Source: Perkinsela sp. CCAP 1560/9 (taxonomy: Eukaryota > Protista > Euglenozoa: Kinetoplastea). Taken from it: 64,000 nt of DNA. The notes under the pieces were generated by a model. It was not told where the DNA came from. It made no database searches and saw only the letters and a list, made by a program, of their open reading frames with translations. The first letter of the stretch is position 1. Every line of letters begins with the position of its first letter. The translations under genes and the position numbers were made by a program. Positions 11,908 through 23,206 of the stretch are shown here, piece by piece. Location of the stretch: positions 186,001 to 250,000 of the forward strand of contig CBFFSA010000004.1 in assembly GCA_965644495.1 (NCBI GenBank). Reading direction: 5' to 3'.

Positions 11908-12411
11908 CTACTTTTTCTTCTCTACCAGCGTTTCAATGAATGCTTTGCCCTTCTTGCGGAGTCGTGCTGCTTCATCTGAAAGTGCTTTGCGTTCAGCGGC
12001 TGACAGCTTCTTATACTTGGCAGACACCTTCTTTACCGCCGCGAGAAAACATGCCTTATGATTCTTGTGGGTTCCCTTCTCTGCCTGGTATATTGCTGGC
12101 ATGGTACGCTTTAAGAACAAGCTATAAGGAAGGTAGCGTGCGCTTTTCACTTGTGCTCTGAGCGCTGTTTTCTGTTTCATATTCTGGGCAGCAATCTTAT
12201 CCAAGGACCGGACTTGAGCAGGAGGTAACTTTTTAAAAGCGGCATGAAGTCCGGCGAGATCTGGGTATCCCTTTTTACCTTTGCATGACTTTGCTATAAA
12301 TACACGCAGCGCACTTGTCGGTGCTGAGTTTCCAGCCCATGGCTTCTTGATAACTTTACGACGAAGCTTTGCGATGTTCTTGGTGAGGTTTGGAAGTGCA
12401 CGTGAAAACAT
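11908..12411 (-). CDS. Basic tandem-HMG-box-like protein, kinetoplast-associated protein (KAP)-like, copy 1
   Basis: 167 aa, K/A-rich, short MFSR.. presequence-like N-terminus. HMG-like signatures PYSLFLK and KYKKLSAAERKALSDEA. Confidence 0.7.
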   Translation of the reverse strand: MFSRALPNLTKNIAKLRRKVIKKPWAGNSAPTSALRVFIAKSCKGKKGYPDLAGLHAAFKKLPPAQVRSLDKIAAQNMKQKTALRAQVKSARYLPYSLFLKRTMPAIYQAEKGTHKNHKACFLAAVKKVSAKYKKLSAAERKALSDEAARLRKKGKAFIETLVEKKK

Positions 12412-13833
12412 TACAAGTAGAAAGACAGGGTAAAAGAGAGAGAGCTGCGTTCAACAAAGTAGACTTTGTGTGACACAAACGTACAAGAAAGCCCAGCAAA
12501 TCGTAAAGAAATTATAGGTGAAAAACGGGGAACTTTACCCTTAAATGACATTTTTACCCCTTAATGACGTTGGGTACGTCTCTACTTCTTGAATTGTAAC
12601 CAGAGCTGGATCCTTCGCCTTGCCGTGACGCTCTGGGTTAGAACCATGCAAATGGTCAACCAAGAAAGGATCGTTACCGGGAGTGTGAAGCTTGCGACTG
12701 ACACCCCATCATAACTGATATACATGTCTTAGATGGTACATATTCTTTGGACGATAAATAATTTGGAAGATAAAGGTTTTTGAACGATATATTCAGGGTC
12801 TTGGCTGATACATGTTTTTGGATGATACGTGTTTTTAAGTGATGCATTTGTTGTAATACCTCGTGTTGCACATTTAATATTTTATGTTTCTTTTAGTTTG
12901 TCTACGATGTCCCATGCATTTTTAACTTTCCCCCCATGAAAATTTCTTACATCGTAAAATTTAAATGTTGTCGCAGAATATAACCTATTGAATATCAACT
13001 TAAATTTTAGAACTACAAAACACTGTGGCGCAACTTTATAATCAAAGCGATGATGAAACTGACATGGAAGAAAATTGTTCTGAATTAGAAATGGTTCAAC
13101 GAATCTAAGTCATTCCGGATTGCTCCGATTGATCACTGGCAGGCCAGACCCTTCACATGTAGATTTGAAACTTTCGAGGCCGAAGTCCTCTAACTGTTTT
13201 CGTTAGTACAAGGCAGCAACAACGTGCTGCTACTAACCCGTTGCGTCGACGAACCCAAGACAATCTTCAAAAGTTATCATTCCTGCAGCTACGTAGCATT
13301 CCTGTAGCCGTTAACATTCCCCCCGGAACGTTAAACCGGACTGTGGCTTAAAATCCCGGTATGACGGCGTCGTCTTCACCAAGAAAGTTGCACCAAGAAC
13401 CTTTGTGCATCGATCTTTGTGCGCCATCTGTGTCCCCCCCTTTGAAGACCACTGGGCGTGGCCCTGCCTCGCCTTACCCCGATGCAACAGTCGGTTGCAG
13501 TGCACCCCTCCGGCTGTGTAAAGAGGTGGCAAATTGTATGGAGAAAAATCTGACACCCCCCTTACTTCACCCCACACGTCCAGTGACTAAATGTGGTGAA
13601 GTAAGGGGGGAGGCGAAGTAAGGGGGGGGGTAACGGTATACAGTAAACCCACGTGTAATAGACCCCCCAATAATATGCCCCCCAGTAATAGAACCCCCGG
13701 TTGAATCCTATTTATATTGTATCCCGATTTCTTTTTCGTTTTTTACACGTTTTTTGTCTCCTTTGCGGGCAAAAATGAATATATCGACAGATAATGAAGT
13801 ATTATTGTATTTTGTTGCTAAGACTCACATAAG

Positions 13834-15518
13834 TTGACTTTTTACCGCGCGTTTTTCACTATCCCACCTTGTGTTTGTTCTGATCTTCGATGTGTCCGCA
13901 CATGGAAAAACGATTCTGATATCCCTCGTGACCTTTCCAGCTTTCTGAAGTCTCATGGAATCGTGAAAGATGGGATCTGCAGTATGCATCATCTTCCAGG
14001 GAGTGTTCACAAGAAAAACAAGTACTGCACCCCCCCCCTAGTTATCTGTCGCTACTTTTCGAGAAAAGGTGACAGATAACTAGGGGGGGTAGGGGTGCGA
14101 CAGATAACTAGGGGGGTCAAAGTGCGTCAGATAACTAGGGGGGTCCGTCGCCAAAAAAAAGCGAGGGAACGAAATGTTACTGAAACGGTATTTTTATTGC
14201 CTAGGAAGATTCCTTTCTACCCCAATAGGGCACTACAAGCTGAAGGCATGCGCCTACGGGTTAAAATAAGCCCAAAGAGTAATTCACACACATTTTACTG
14301 GGTTAAAATACTAATTACGTTTCATATATGGGCTAAAGTAGAACATCGGGAGCTATCGGACTCCAATTTTCACAAAGGTCACGACGGAAAGAATCATTCT
14401 TTAAGAATGTCAATATCACGGTTTTCAAATAAGGTGCGATACATATTATTTACCACGTGAATTGCACAACTGTTTTCACCAGAACCTTGCTGCGGACAAC
14501 ACATTGGCACTATTAAATACGGCGAAGAGTCCATTTTCAAATGTTCACATAGACGATCTTTAAATTGAAAGAAGGGAATGATAAAGGGGATGATGGACGG
14601 GATAACGAGCTCCGACTCTTGTTTTCCAATTTTAACCATAGAACTCCACGCAAAACCATTAACCTAAAAGCAGAACAGAAAAAAATTGAAGTTTCGCTTC
14701 TAATTTTATAATTTTTTCATTTAGTTTAGAAAGGCGACAGATAACTAGGGGGGGCGGGGGGGGTGACAGATAACTAGGGGGGTACAGTATTTGACTATCT
14801 GTCGACAAAAGATTAGAATGAAGAATGGAGCAAATTGCCGTAGACGACTTTCAAGACTCACACCTTTCTTTTCCGCCAAGCAAAAGCTGCCGTACAAGTT
14901 TCGCTATTGGATCAAGTTGTCTCAACGTGTCGATTCTGAAGCGGCAGCGTCGCAGTGTGAAGACAATAAAAATACAGTCTATAAGTGGAAGAAAGAACTA
15001 GTGGGATGGATAAAGGCTGTGAAATATAGAAACGAAAACACCAAATTTTCACACTGTGCTATAGATGAAACCTACTTCTTTAAACGAAAATACTACCGTG
15101 GACGCAGGGCCCGGGGAAAATCATTTTGGATGGTTACTGTGACAGGCATTGAACGAGATGGAAAATGTTCCTCCACAATTTGGACAAGAGTAAAAACCAG
15201 AGACAAGGCAACACTGGAGAACATACAAGTTCTCCATTTGCCAAACATACAATCGACAGCATACGAACTCTTGTGTTAACAGACCAATTTACGAGCTATA
15301 GAGATTTAAAACGCACTAGAAACCACAAAACGGTGAATCATAGTAGAAAGGTGAAGTTTCGTTTCGTAACGGAGGACTGTGTTCACACGAACAACGCTGA
15401 ATCATGTCACTCCGCTATAAAACGTATGGTTCTGAAACAGGGAAGAATGTCCATGCTACCTAAGGAAGCAGATAAAATAATATCGCTGTATACGCTACTG
15501 TTTAAGAAAAGAACCTAG
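13834..15518 (+). pseudogene. Merlin (IS1595/ISXO2-like) transposase, interrupted and frameshifted
   Basis: Motifs AIDETYF, KRKYYRGR, TDQFTSY, HKTVNHS, FVTEDCVHTNNAES. Removing 14025-14787 plus one TA joins ..KNKY-LTICRQ.. in frame, giving a Zn-ribbon-like N-terminus. Confidence 0.85.
14025..14787. mobile_element. TA-flanked non-autonomous element with repeated CAGATAACTAGGGGGG motifs
   Basis: TIRs CTGCACCCCCCCCCTAGTTATCTGTC / GACAGATAACTAGGGGGGTACAG, TA TSD. It interrupts the Merlin ORF. Confidence 0.85.
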
Positions 15519-15807
15519 CAACAGCGTTTCCAAGCAAATTCGTCTGCTATGAAGAGTGTAAGAGACATCGAAAACATTGAATTGACATCAGAAAGTGGTG
15601 ACAGCGACAGCGAAAGCGAAGACCAAATGGCGGTGGAAGCTAACGGGGAGGGGGATCTGGGCGGGGCGAGGGTGGTTGCGCGGGAGCGAGTGTTTTCTTA
15701 AAAACGTGTTCTTAAATATTATTACCTTAAATGGGTTGCCCGAGCTGCTCCGATTTTTCATGCACTGATAAGTCACTTATCAGGACCACTTAAAGTGGTC
15801 CTATACT

Positions 15808-16160
15808 TTGCTTTGTATGGCAACGCAAGACAGCATCATATTCCGGATAAAAAATCATGCTCTTATGTATGAGGCCGTTACTTGTTCGAAAGGTCATGAG
15901 CCACGGGTATGTACTCTTAAGGAAGAGCGTTGGCTATGCTCCGATAAAGAGTGCCGCGGTAAAACATATTTTTTGGAACCTCTACTGACGGCCGCACATA
16001 GGAGCACCGCAAACCAGGTTTTTAAAGTCTAATACGGTATCACTTCTGTAGCCGGATACAGATCTCAACGGAGAACGGACTTGGGGCAAAAGCGATCATT
16101 CGGCTGACAAACAACCCTTTGAGTCGTGCTCTCGAACAATGAAAATCTAAAAAATGAAAG
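15808..16160 (+). pseudogene. Possible N-terminal fragment of a second Merlin-like transposase
   Basis: Zn-ribbon-like pattern CSKGH...WLCSDKECR directly downstream of the first Merlin copy. Confidence 0.45.
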
Positions 16161-16886
16161 AGAAAAATGAAAATTGAAACTTTTTCCAATTCCTTTCCAA
16201 AACATTTCAAAAAATTCCGCATTAAAAGGGGGATCACAGTACTACAGTATATCCACAGCCGTATTCACTGGGGATTATCTTCGGATTTAAGCGGAAATTA
16301 ATGATTAATTGGCTTTTACACACTTCTTTATGCGCAGAGAATATCAACATGTATGTATCAACATGTAGATATGCAGATAGTACTGTGACACCCCCTTAAT
16401 ATGCACAAATTTCGGTGAAAGGGAACCTTTTTCAACGCCAAAAAAACTTAATTTTTTTCACGGTGGTTGCGCAGACAAAATTTCAGTATTTTCCATATGA
16501 TTAAGCATCATATTTTTGCTACTTACACGACTCCGCTCTATCATGTTTCCTTGCACAGGCTGTAAAATGTATGACCGCAACACTTTTTGTAGTTAGGAAC
16601 CTTGGATGACGTGATGATAGAAGCCTGTACCGTACGATGTGAATTAAGTTCTTGTAATCCGTTACACTATTTTCCCCACTTCTCCCACCAATAAGCGATG
16701 CCATACGCAATTAACAGTTCAACAAAAATGGAACGTGTGCCATTCTATCACAACGAATCAATCGTATATGAGCATTTTTTCCCTTACTTTCTTCAAAATT
16801 TGCATCCCCCTATTTAATTGCCCTTTTTCACGAAAGCGGTGACGATTAAGTAGGAGGGGGTACAGTAAATATTTTAATATTTAATA

Positions 16887-17221
16887 CTCCCCCTGTCATT
16901 AATAATGATAATGATAATCCTCAAGAATGTTAAATTTTTTGAGATTATTATTATCATTATCATTATTAATGGCTGGGGGAATACATCGTTTTCGACAAAA
17001 AAACACGATTTTCAGGCCAAAACTGCGAAATTTTAACCCGAATTTGGGCAGCTTTTGACACCTTACCAATAGTTTTTTAGTTCAAAAAACGTTTTTTAAG
17101 ACACAAAATTTTTTGTAAGAAAATCCTGCGTGCATGAAAATAAGTTGATAATTTTTTAAGAGTCTTCACCACATAGAATAATAATTTTTTTTAAGATTAT
17201 CAGTATTAATGACAGGGGGAG
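16887..17221. mobile_element. MITE
   Basis: TIRs CTCCCCCTGTCATTAATA.TGATAAT, TA TSD. Related to 47779-49323. Confidence 0.8.
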
Positions 17222-17376
17222 TATGTGAGGGGCTGCGGGTACTTCGACCGAGACCGCACCGAGACCGCGGTTTCTATTTAGTATTTTCGGTGGGGAGAGA
17301 TAGAAAAACAGGCAAAAGTTTACATTTTTTTTATTTTTGTGTGGAATTTCCAATTCGGTGTACGCTTCTAGCTCTA

Positions 17377-18113
17377 CACTAGTAATCAGCTATAAGCCCC
17401 CCCCTCGAATTTTGAAAAACAGGTCTGCTTTTTACCATCTTTTTTTATTTGAACATGTAGAGAATTTTACATAGATGCGTTTCCCGCCTTTTAAACTGGT
17501 TTTTTTCGACTCATTAGGATTGAATTCTTTTTAGAAAAAAATGATCGGAAGAAATGTTTTTTTTTACAAAAATGTTCCATTTTTTGATATATTTACCAGG
17601 TAAAACCCCATAAATGCAATCACTGCAGGAAAAGAAGCTTACACAAAGACAAGCTTAATATCCAGTATTCCACTCCCTGCTCTCCAGAACCTTGTTCATA
17701 CGTTTTAAGTACTCTGAACGCCTTTTTTTCCATCGTACATTTTTACCCTTTTTCGTACGGTATTTTTATCAACTTTATATGTTTGGAGATGAAAGTGGTG
17801 GAGGCACCGCATTTTTGCGGCACGCGCATTGCAAGCGTCGTACGCTCCGAGTTGAGGTAACTTGACCTGTGGTTCCTCACCATGTGCACAAAAAGGGTAG
17901 TGTCAATGAGAAAAAAAGGGAAAATTTTACTGTACATTGGAAAATCTCATTTTTGACCAGTATTTTGAGTGCCAAAAGCGTATACTAAGTTTCTAAAAAC
18001 CAAGACCGGCAAAGATAGGCTAGGGATCGAGATCTCTCGTTTACCGCTGGAATTAGGTCAAACGGACGCGTGACCTGAAAATAAAGGGGGGGACTTATAG
18101 CTGGATGATAGTG
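17377..18113 (-). mobile_element. Internally deleted Tc1/mariner element (inverted paralog of 19047-19800)
   Basis: TIRs CACTA...CAGCTATAAG.CCCCCC, TA TSD, high similarity to the reverse complement of 19047-19800. Confidence 0.85.
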
Positions 18114-19046
18114 TATTTTCCTTTGTTTCCTTCTCTGAATCATTTTCATCCTTTACTTCCTTGGAGAGGCAACCGCCGACCCTGAAGCGTACCTTCAAGA
18201 AGACCCTCTCTTTTCCCCCCCATCGCCAAGGTGAAGTGGGCGACTTTGTGGACAGCGTGTGGCGCTCTGTTTCCGGGAAGCGGTCTCGCGTTTGCCAGCA
18301 GTGGCGTCAGCGCCAGCGGACCGCTTCTCGACAAAGTGAATCAAGCAGCGGGGCTGAAGCCTCACCACCACCCCCAGAATACAATCCTCCCTCGTATTCG
18401 GTGGCCAGCCCGATCGCTACTTCGAATCGTTCGGTTCGTTTCCCGGCCTTGTAGGTGTGCTCCACATGAGACTGTAGAAAGTACGAAGGTAGGACGGCAG
18501 AAAGTAATACGGCAAGTTAGAAGGCAAGGTAAGGTAAAGCATTTTCTTTCTCACTACTGTTCTGTTCAATTTTCCCTAATTTCTAGCTCATTCCACTAAT
18601 TGCTATTTCATTAAATCATTTCCGCCCAAATACACCTCTTAAAGGATAACAGTCCCCCTCCTTCATTTTTGCGTCATGCGAGCTTTTGACCTAATTCCTT
18701 CGGCAATCGATAGATCTCGAAATTTGTCGTACGTTTGCCGAAGGAATCAGCGTAAAAAAATTGAAAATGTATAAATTAGCAGATAGGTTTGTAAAGAAGT
18801 TGCCTGCGGTCATTCCAACAAAAATGCCGTTTCATGAACTGGAGACCTTGACGGCACGCTTGATATACACCCCTTAAAGGATAACAGTCCCCCCCTTTCA
18901 TTTTTGCGTCATGCGAGCTTTTGACCTAATTCCTTCGGCATTCGATGGATCTTGAAATTTGTCGCACGTTTGCCGAAGGAATCAGCGTAGAAAAACTCAA
19001 GAGAAAAAAATGAGATTAAAAATCAGGGGTCTCAAAATATATTATA

Positions 19047-19800
19047 CACTATCGTTCAGCTATAAGTCCACCCCCATTATTTTTGGGTCGCGCGTCCGTT
19101 TGACCTAATTCCAGCGGCAAACGAGAGATCTCGATCCCTAGCCTATCTTTGCCGGTCTTCGTTTTTTGTAAGAACTTAATATACGCTTTTGGCACTCAAA
19201 ATACTGGTCAAAAATGAGATTTTCCAATGTACAGTCAAAATTTCCCTTTTTTTCTCATTGACACTACCCGTTTTACACCCATGGTGAGGAACCACAGGTC
19301 GAGTTACCTCAACTCGGAGCGTACGACGCTCGCAATGCGCATTTCGTTTGTTATTGAACGAAAATGCGGTGCTCCCACCACTTCCATCTCTAAAAAATAT
19401 AAAGTTGATAAAAATACCGTACAAAGATGGGTAAAAATGTACAATGAGAAAAAAATGTGTTCAGAGTACTTAAAGCGTATGAACAAGGTGTTGGAGAGCG
19501 GGGGTTGGAATATTGGGTGTTAAGCTTGTCTTTGCGTAATCTTCTTTTCCTGCAGTGATTGCATTTATGGTGTTTTACCTGGTAAATATATCAAAAAATG
19601 GAACATTTATGTAAAAAAATCATTTGTTCGGCTCATGTTTTTCAATACATAATTCGATCTTAATGAGTCGAGAAAAACCAGTTTAAACGTCGGGAAACGC
19701 ACCTATGTAAAATTCTCTACACGTTCAAAAAAAGATGATAAAAAACAGACCTGTTTTTCAAAATTCGAGGGGGGGGAGGACTTATAGCTGATTGTTAGTG
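19047..19800 (+). mobile_element. Internally deleted Tc1/mariner element with HTH mini-ORF
   Basis: TIRs and TA TSD. The ORF fuses an HTH (ISKKYKVDKNTVQRWVKMY) to a transposase-like C-terminal tail (KRMNKVLESGGWNI). Confidence 0.85.
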
Positions 19801-19941
19801 TATATATATATTTATAGTATTTGAAAAAAAATTATAGTACTATATAGTACTATCCGTAAATAACTCGGTGTACTGTGTATAAGTAATGTAGTAAATAGAG
19901 CAACTTGGTTTTATTTTCCTATTGTAGATCTTTGTTCTACT

Positions 19942-20958
19942 ATGCACAGTACACCGAGTTATTTACGAAAGATTGCTATTGAAAAACTTGAAAACGGATT
20001 TTCACTTCGTAGAGTGGCCGCCGATTTAAACTTAAGCGCAGGAAATGTCAGCCGCATTAAAAATAAATATCTTCCATCGCTATCTAGACAACCAACCGGT
20101 CGCCCACGTAAGCTGAGTGATACTTGCCGTAGGCGCGTCCGCCGTCTCATCACTAGCGGCGCCGCAAAAGACGCAGTTGCCGCCAGCAAAAGGTTGAGAG
20201 ACGAAGGTATTGCGGATGTTTGCCCGGAAACCATTCGGGTTTCCTTTCGTCAGCGTGGTATGAAGGGAAAGAAGAGGGTCAAGAAGCCCTACCTTACGAA
20301 ACGTCACAAGGCTCTACGTCTTGCTTTTGCAAGAAAGTACGAGCATTGGACGCACGCCGACTGGGGCCGTGTACTTTTCACGGATGAAACGAAGATCTGC
20401 CGTTTCGAGTCGAATGGTAGCCGGTGGGTTTGGGTAGACTTTGGGGAGGAGCTGTCTGAGCGAAACACACAAGGTATGCTCAAGTATGGTGGCGGCTCCA
20501 TCATGATATGGGGTTGCATGATGGAGCACGGTGTGGGAACCATTGAGCTGGTTCACGGGAATATGAACGCCGAGCGGTACGTTCAAATACTGCAACAAAA
20601 TTTGCCCCCTTCCCTACAAAAGCTGAGTGTCACGAAGGATCGGATCGTCTTCCAACAGGATAACGATCCGAAGCACACGAGTAAGAAGGCTCGCGATTTT
20701 TTAAATTCGCAGGAGCTGTGTGTGCTTGACTGGCCCCCTCAGTCTCCCGACTTAAACCCCATAGAAAACCTATGGGTTGAACTGAAAAAGGCAACGGCAG
20801 ATTACCCCGACCTACCCGCAGGAATGATCGAGTTATGGGAACGGGCCCAAAAAGCATGGGCGAAAGTTCCTCCAAGTGCATGCCTCCCTCTTGTCTAAAG
20901 CATGCCCCGTCGTTTGAGGGCAGTCATCAGGGCGAAGAGAGGACTTACTAAGTATTAA
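19942..20958 (+). pseudogene. Tc1 DD34E transposase with a late premature stop
   Basis: FTDETKI, QQDNDPKH and WPPQSPDLNPIENLW, with 34 residues between D and E. After the TAA the frame continues SMPRRLRAVIRAKRGLTKY. Probable right end ..GAGTTACTG|TA at 21242; no left TIR found. Confidence 0.9.
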
Positions 20959-21912
20959 GTCTAAACCATTTTGGTCCATTAAGGGTGAAGCAATAGAACG
21001 TTTTCCTATAAAAAAACATGTTCGAAAAAAAGTCAAAAAAGTGTTCATATGTTGGACTGACATTATATCTTTCATAGTTTTTTGTAGTAAGATCGTTGAT
21101 GAACTCAAAGTACGTGGGGATATAAGCACTACCCCAGCCTACACTACTACCATATACTACAGCATTATCCTCTGATTCTCTTTGGTAAAAAATAACATCA
21201 TTAAAAAATGTCGAAACATTTGAACACTTTTTTGAGTTACTGTATATAGTATTATAAATCTATAAAAATCTATAACAGGAAAAAGTGCTCAAAAACGTTT
21301 TGATGTTCTCTTTTTGCACGAATGGCACCAAGTACAAAGTGAGTTTATGGCAGGCTCAGTCAAATTTCTTATGTTTCGCGGCAGAAAACATATTTTTCAG
21401 CTTTTTTGATTGTGCTTCTTCCGCCAAAGGAAGAAAAGAAGTTACAAGGACTCTTTTTTGAGGGAAAAAATCATCCAAACCCGCAGAAAATCCTTCAAAA
21501 AATTATAGATTTTTATATATAGTATTTGAAAAATTATAATACTATATAGTACTAAATTATAGATTTTGTAGATTTTGTAGATTTTCAGACCCCTGTTAAA
21601 AATACCGGTCAAAAATCGTCATTTTGGCGAAACACCATACTTTTTCCCAAAAAAATAAGTTTATGTCACTATGGACCCATTACTTATGATATGCGTGTAA
21701 AAATTGTTGTGGAGTACAATAAGAGGGCTGAAACCACCTGGGTTTGCCTGGGTTTGCTAATTTTCTATATTGTATTAGGCAACTCAGTTTCTTCCTTGGC
21801 GAAAGGCACAGTATATTTTTTAATGCTCTTTAATAGTAGCTTCTTTAAAGTAACTTATTTTTCTTAGATTTTGTACTTATCCTGAACATACCACGATAGA
21901 ATAATATAAAAA

Positions 21913-22689
21913 ATGCTTCACTACGATCTTCCGCCTGACGACGATGAGTTTATCGTGAATGAGTTTTCCTCTCCGGATTCCGAGAAATATGCCTCCCTCA
22001 GAAAATGGGTGGTGTTTACGTTGCGAGAAACGTTTCGCATCCCTCTTGTCCGGACGGAAAGCACAATGCAATGGCTCCGCATGAGCAAGGCAGAGAAAGA
22101 TGCCATGAAATACGCTCCAGAGCGTTTGCCACCCCCAGAGCTCATGTACCGCATGGAAGATAACATTGTCTCTCTGTGCGTCAAGTGGGTGACAGATAGG
22201 CTTCGCCTGATTTCTGATGCTGAGAGTAACGCTTCAGAAACACTATGCAACGTTACGATTGACGGCGACATTCTGATTCATGGGTTAGTAATCCTCACTA
22301 AAGCCCGTACAACGGGACTGCTCTACTTCAAGGATTCCGAGCGCTCCGAAATTCACGGCGTTCGAGAGGAGGAGATGCCTGCGTATTGGCGTTGGAAGGT
22401 GACCGAGACTTGGTCCTTGGCAATTGAGGATCTACCTGCGGAAAGCATGGCCACTCACATGGTAGCTTTCTTGAAAGAAAAGTATAAAGGTGTATTCGAG
22501 AGCTCGAAGCGCGACCGAGAGCAACTAAGTGAGTGGTGTACGACCATGTGGCGAAGCCACAACGTTCAAAGTGGTCAAAAGTACCGTGATCGAAGCAAGA
22601 AACTGAAAGAAAAAGTTGAAGTACCCACGACAGTGAGTGTCTGGCAAAAGCGGGAATTCCAGAATTTTTTCATCGCGTCGATGAATTAG
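21913..22689 (+). CDS. Hypothetical protein, probably transposon-borne
   Basis: 258-aa ORF opposite to the host genes, overlapping a Harbinger transposase remnant. No motif recognised. Confidence 0.4.
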   Translation: MLHYDLPPDDDEFIVNEFSSPDSEKYASLRKWVVFTLRETFRIPLVRTESTMQWLRMSKAEKDAMKYAPERLPPPELMYRMEDNIVSLCVKWVTDRLRLISDAESNASETLCNVTIDGDILIHGLVILTKARTTGLLYFKDSERSEIHGVREEEMPAYWRWKVTETWSLAIEDLPAESMATHMVAFLKEKYKGVFESSKRDREQLSEWCTTMWRSHNVQSGQKYRDRSKKLKEKVEVPTTVSVWQKREFQNFFIASMN

Positions 22690-23206
22690 TTATAGCTGAT
22701 AAGGCCTACAAAAATGTTAGACACTGTCTTTGTCAGGAAATCGGGTCCAACATAGATGAAGTCTACGACATGGAATTTCGTAGGATCCGAAACAGAGTCT
22801 ACATAGTCTAACTAGTATTTTAGTATATACTATAGTATATACTATGAGATACTACTTTTCGAAGGTGTCTATAATCTTATTAAGTGTCTATAGAAATGTA
22901 GTTTTTCCCTGTATATGAATGGAAAGATTTGTCTTTATTGCGACATTTAGGACTGGTACACAAGTATTGCTCAGCCTTTTTGTTTACACCTTATCACTTC
23001 CTTTAATCACCTTGTCACTCACTGTTTTAAATGACGCAACGTTCAAAGAACTCGGAAAGCGCACCTTCAACCCCCACCCCCGAAAACACAAGAAAGCGAC
23101 CGTCAGCACGGGAGCATCGCGAGAGAGTAGCCGCAATTACGTCACAGTTAAAGGAGACACCTTCCCAAGTAGCGTTAAGTGCGTCCCTCTCTCCGCTTGA
23201 AGAGGA

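Larger units (their letters stand above)
19024..21595. mobile_element. hAT-type non-autonomous element containing two Tc1-type inserts
   Basis: Ends CAGGGGTCTCAAAA / TTTTCAGACCCCTG. Exact 8-bp TSD TTAAAAAT at 19016-19023 and 21596-21603. Confidence 0.8.

Noticed and set aside
13100-13550. Possible ingi-like RT remnant (KVLGATF)
   Set aside because: One weak motif is insufficient support.
14025-14150. Short spaced repeats resembling CRISPR
   Set aside because: They are subterminal transposon repeats in mixed orientation without unique regular spacers, in a eukaryotic context with no cas genes.
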